Shown: piece by piece, positions 61,570 through 64,000 of the stretch
Layout of the letters: each line of letters begins with the position of its first letter
Position numbering within the stretch: position 1 is the first letter of the stretch
Position numbers and translations under genes: made by a program
From: Calcarisporiella thermophila CBS 279.70
Taxonomy: Eukaryota; Fungi; Calcarisporiellomycota
NCBI RefSeq assembly: GCF_041956535.1
Contig: NW_027192222.1
Span: 149,901 to 213,900, forward strand
Direction: 5' to 3'
Length of the DNA: 64,000 nt
Notes under the pieces: generated by a model
Database searches by the model: none
What the model saw: the letters and a program-made list of their open reading frames with translations, nothing else
What the model was told of the DNA's origin: nothing

Positions 61570-63073
61570 GAAAAGGATCCTTTGTCAAAAAGGAGGCTGT
61601 TTGAATTCACTTGCACATGTAATGGGTTGAGACAGTGACTAATACAGATTGAAGGAACGGAGGGTGTTTGCAATCTATGTGGAAATGAGCGTTCGAGTTA
61701 TTCTTGCGGCCGCCATGGCTCGAATGCATTCGGGTACCAACCTCTCTACTAGACAGCGCGTGGAGAACCTGGGAAGCGGTAAGGAGAAAACAAAGGAGCA
61801 GAAAAGGGAAGGGAAAGCGCGGAAAAAACAAGCGACGCTGAGCAAAACGAGTGCGCGGCGCGAGAAAAGGAAACTTGTTTGCCGCAACCGGTTCTGGCCC
61901 ATTGTTTGCCGCGATTTCGTCGCGCTGCGCTAGGCTTTCCGACCCATCCTCTGCCCTGGCCTCGCTGTCAACCCCGCTCTTTTGTTTGAAACTCTAATTT
62001 TTAATTCGACTCGTTTTTGGGCAAACCGCCTCGGGTGACTGGACCTTGTTGACGGGTTTGGGCGACCGTCGCCGGGCGGGAGGCAAGGGCTCCACGCCAA
62101 CCAGCGGCAGCGTGGATTCCGAACAATAACAAAGCTAGGGCGCATGGCGAAGGGCTGGGAGAGCGCGAGGGAGAGGAGGGCCCCCGTCGCCGCAGGCTTG
62201 CGCTGCGCTCCCCGTAAATGGGTGAGAAAACTTTGCATCAACTCTAAAGTTCAGGCTGAGCTCTTTTCCGCAGCGCTTCGATTTAGAATCAACCGAGCAC
62301 CGCGCTAGGAAAGAGAAAGTCTAAAGGAAACAGGAACTTCTGGGATCCAAACCCGCCGGCTCACAAACAACTTGATTCCCAGAGAAGCCTGTGGTTACAG
62401 AGCGATCAAGCCATAGCTCGGCGTCCTTGATGAACACGGCTCTCCCGCTCAATGGCCCACGAGCCATATGCGCACCAGATTAAGTTCAAGCTTCTCCTCT
62501 TCCTCTCATATCACCGCAACATTTCCCATTCTATAGCTTTCGCGCTAGGTGAAAAATGGTGATGGATTTCGGATGGCCATCAACAAAGACAACCCCGTAC
62601 TCCGCTCGATAGAGGGTCGGCCCGCGATCAAAATGTCAATCCTATACCTGACGGCCAGCTTGATTGGATAAAATAGGCCTCAGGTAATGGAGTACAAAGT
62701 ATGCTTTCGAAAGCTCTTGGTCTTGTGTTATAGGAGGCTTTATTGGATAGCATCAAAAAAGGACAATAAAAAAAGGAAAATTTGAGGTTATTTTTTTGGC
62801 TGCTATGGTATATTAGAGAAAAACTGGACTTCGTCGACTTTCAGAGATATAGCGCCTTGGTGTATATCCAAGCGGTGTGAATCAATTGCAAATCAACTTG
62901 CCAATACTATGACTCCTCAATCCTGTAAGATTGTGTTTATTGCCCATGGTACTTGGGAAATCGTATCGGTATCATGTCGTATTTGAAGCGACTATTTATA
63001 GAAATGACGAACAAAACAGTGCTGAGCACGTATGAACACTTGAAATGCGATCTAGAACCATCAGGAAATGGGT

Positions 63074-64000
63074 TCATGGGGTGATATCAGTAGTACTGCC
63101 ATCAGGCGCAATGATAGTAAACCTAGTGCTTTCAGCGGTGCACACGATATTCACCACGACCACTCTGTCCACTCTTTCTAGTTTGGAGAGAACCCCATGG
63201 TCTTCCAGACAGAAATAGATCTGGTGAAAGGGACTCTTGTAAGAGGGGTCATAGACCTTGGCCGGTGAGAAGGGTTGACTTATATCGATCTCAGTCAACC
63301 TGTTGACTTCAAGTTGGTAACCAGCGAATAACTCATCTCCATCCATCACGATTAGATCGATTTCATTGAGTTCTTCACCACCCACCTGGAATATACATGC
63401 CATGGGCTTGGGAAGTAATCCCTGGAAAGCGGTGTAGAGGCCAGTCTGATATCTTGCTTTGATGAGCTCAACCTGGGTGAGTGCTTGTTCTCGAATGAGA
63501 GTGGATCGGGTTAGATACTGGAGCCCATACTTCAGAAGCTCGATTGGATCTTGTACGTCGCTCCTTCTTAAACAACAGGAGAGCTTCGGCCACACGGCAT
63601 CAATGCAATTACGAAGGAGAAGGCCATTTGTAAACTGGACCCACGACGGCTTAACTTCAACGGGGGTGAGCACGCCGATATTAAGTAGAAGTTCCTCCAC
63701 GGGATTAGGGTGATCCTCATCCAGCTTCCACGGCTTCATATGGTGCGCTGGAAGTTCACGAACATAGGCCCTTTCTTCTTCCGACAGTCTGGCCAGATGG
63801 TGCTCGATTTTAGAAAGAGTCCCGATCATATATTCGCGAAAATTTTGCTGTAGCACACGGCCCCATGAGGAGGGAGTGGGGTGGAAGTGCTGGTGGAGTT
63901 TGAGCAAGGTCATGAAGGAAGCCGGGTGTCCCCGGGATTCATGGACGATCTTTTCTTCAATATCGACGGAAATGCCTTCTGGGTTGCAGCGCCACTTGTA
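63074..64000 (-). CDS. C-terminal part of a P-loop ATPase-associated PD-(D/E)XK-like (Crinkler-type REase) protein; runs off the window
   Basis: The frame is open to the window edge; ESRGHPASF (GxP-like) then EIDLIVMDG..AGYQLEVN. Confidence 0.5.
   Translation of the reverse strand, partial: YKWRCNPEGISVDIEEKIVHESRGHPASFMTLLKLHQHFHPTPSSWGRVLQQNFREYMIGTLSKIEHHLARLSEEERAYVRELPAHHMKPWKLDEDHPNPVEELLLNIGVLTPVEVKPSWVQFTNGLLLRNCIDAVWPKLSCCLRRSDVQDPIELLKYGLQYLTRSTLIREQALTQVELIKARYQTGLYTAFQGLLPKPMACIFQVGGEELNEIDLIVMDGDELFAGYQLEVNRLTEIDISQPFSPAKVYDPSYKSPFHQIYFCLEDHGVLSKLERVDRVVVVNIVCTAESTRFTIIAPDGSTTDITP

Noticed and set aside
60503-61630. 375-aa plus-strand ORF (also 30904-31581, 54425-54901, 40609-41049)
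   Set aside because: These are antisense shadows of real coding exons, with low-complexity or GC-rich composition and no motifs.

Overview
Eukaryotic, intron-rich genomic DNA. It is most likely from an early-diverging (non-Dikarya) fungus such as Mucoromycota or Zoopagomycota. This is inferred from the ferritin, the Srk1/Rck2-type kinase, and the DIRS and CMC/CACTA-like relics; it is not proven. The left ~22 kb is a transposon-rich, gapped accessory zone. It holds a DIRS retrotransposon with 106-bp inverted terminal repeats (2606-8891), interleaved with an antisense L1/Tx1-type LINE whose 3' end carries a CCA-terminated tRNA-like cloverleaf. It also holds a second, truncated DIRS with a solo LTR in its gag, two CACTA-like relics, and four intronless genes (BAHD acyltransferase, SDR, bZIP, 529-aa membrane protein). 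The right ~42 kb is gene-dense core genome: F-BAR/SH3 protein, CAMK kinase, SAS-4/CENPJ, NELF-A, CK2 beta, VIT-VWA protein, ferritin, DDIAS-like OB protein, cation/Ca2+ exchanger, COA6, CEP95-like, BRX1, mL46, a single-pass membrane protein and a partial ATPase-nuclease-like gene. The most notable items are the tRNA-like module in the LINE tail, centriole genes with G1/S promoter boxes, NELF-A, and two candidate microproteins (a 63-aa PP1-docking module and a 31-aa single C2H2 finger). All assignments come from reading motifs by eye; exon boundaries were inferred manually.
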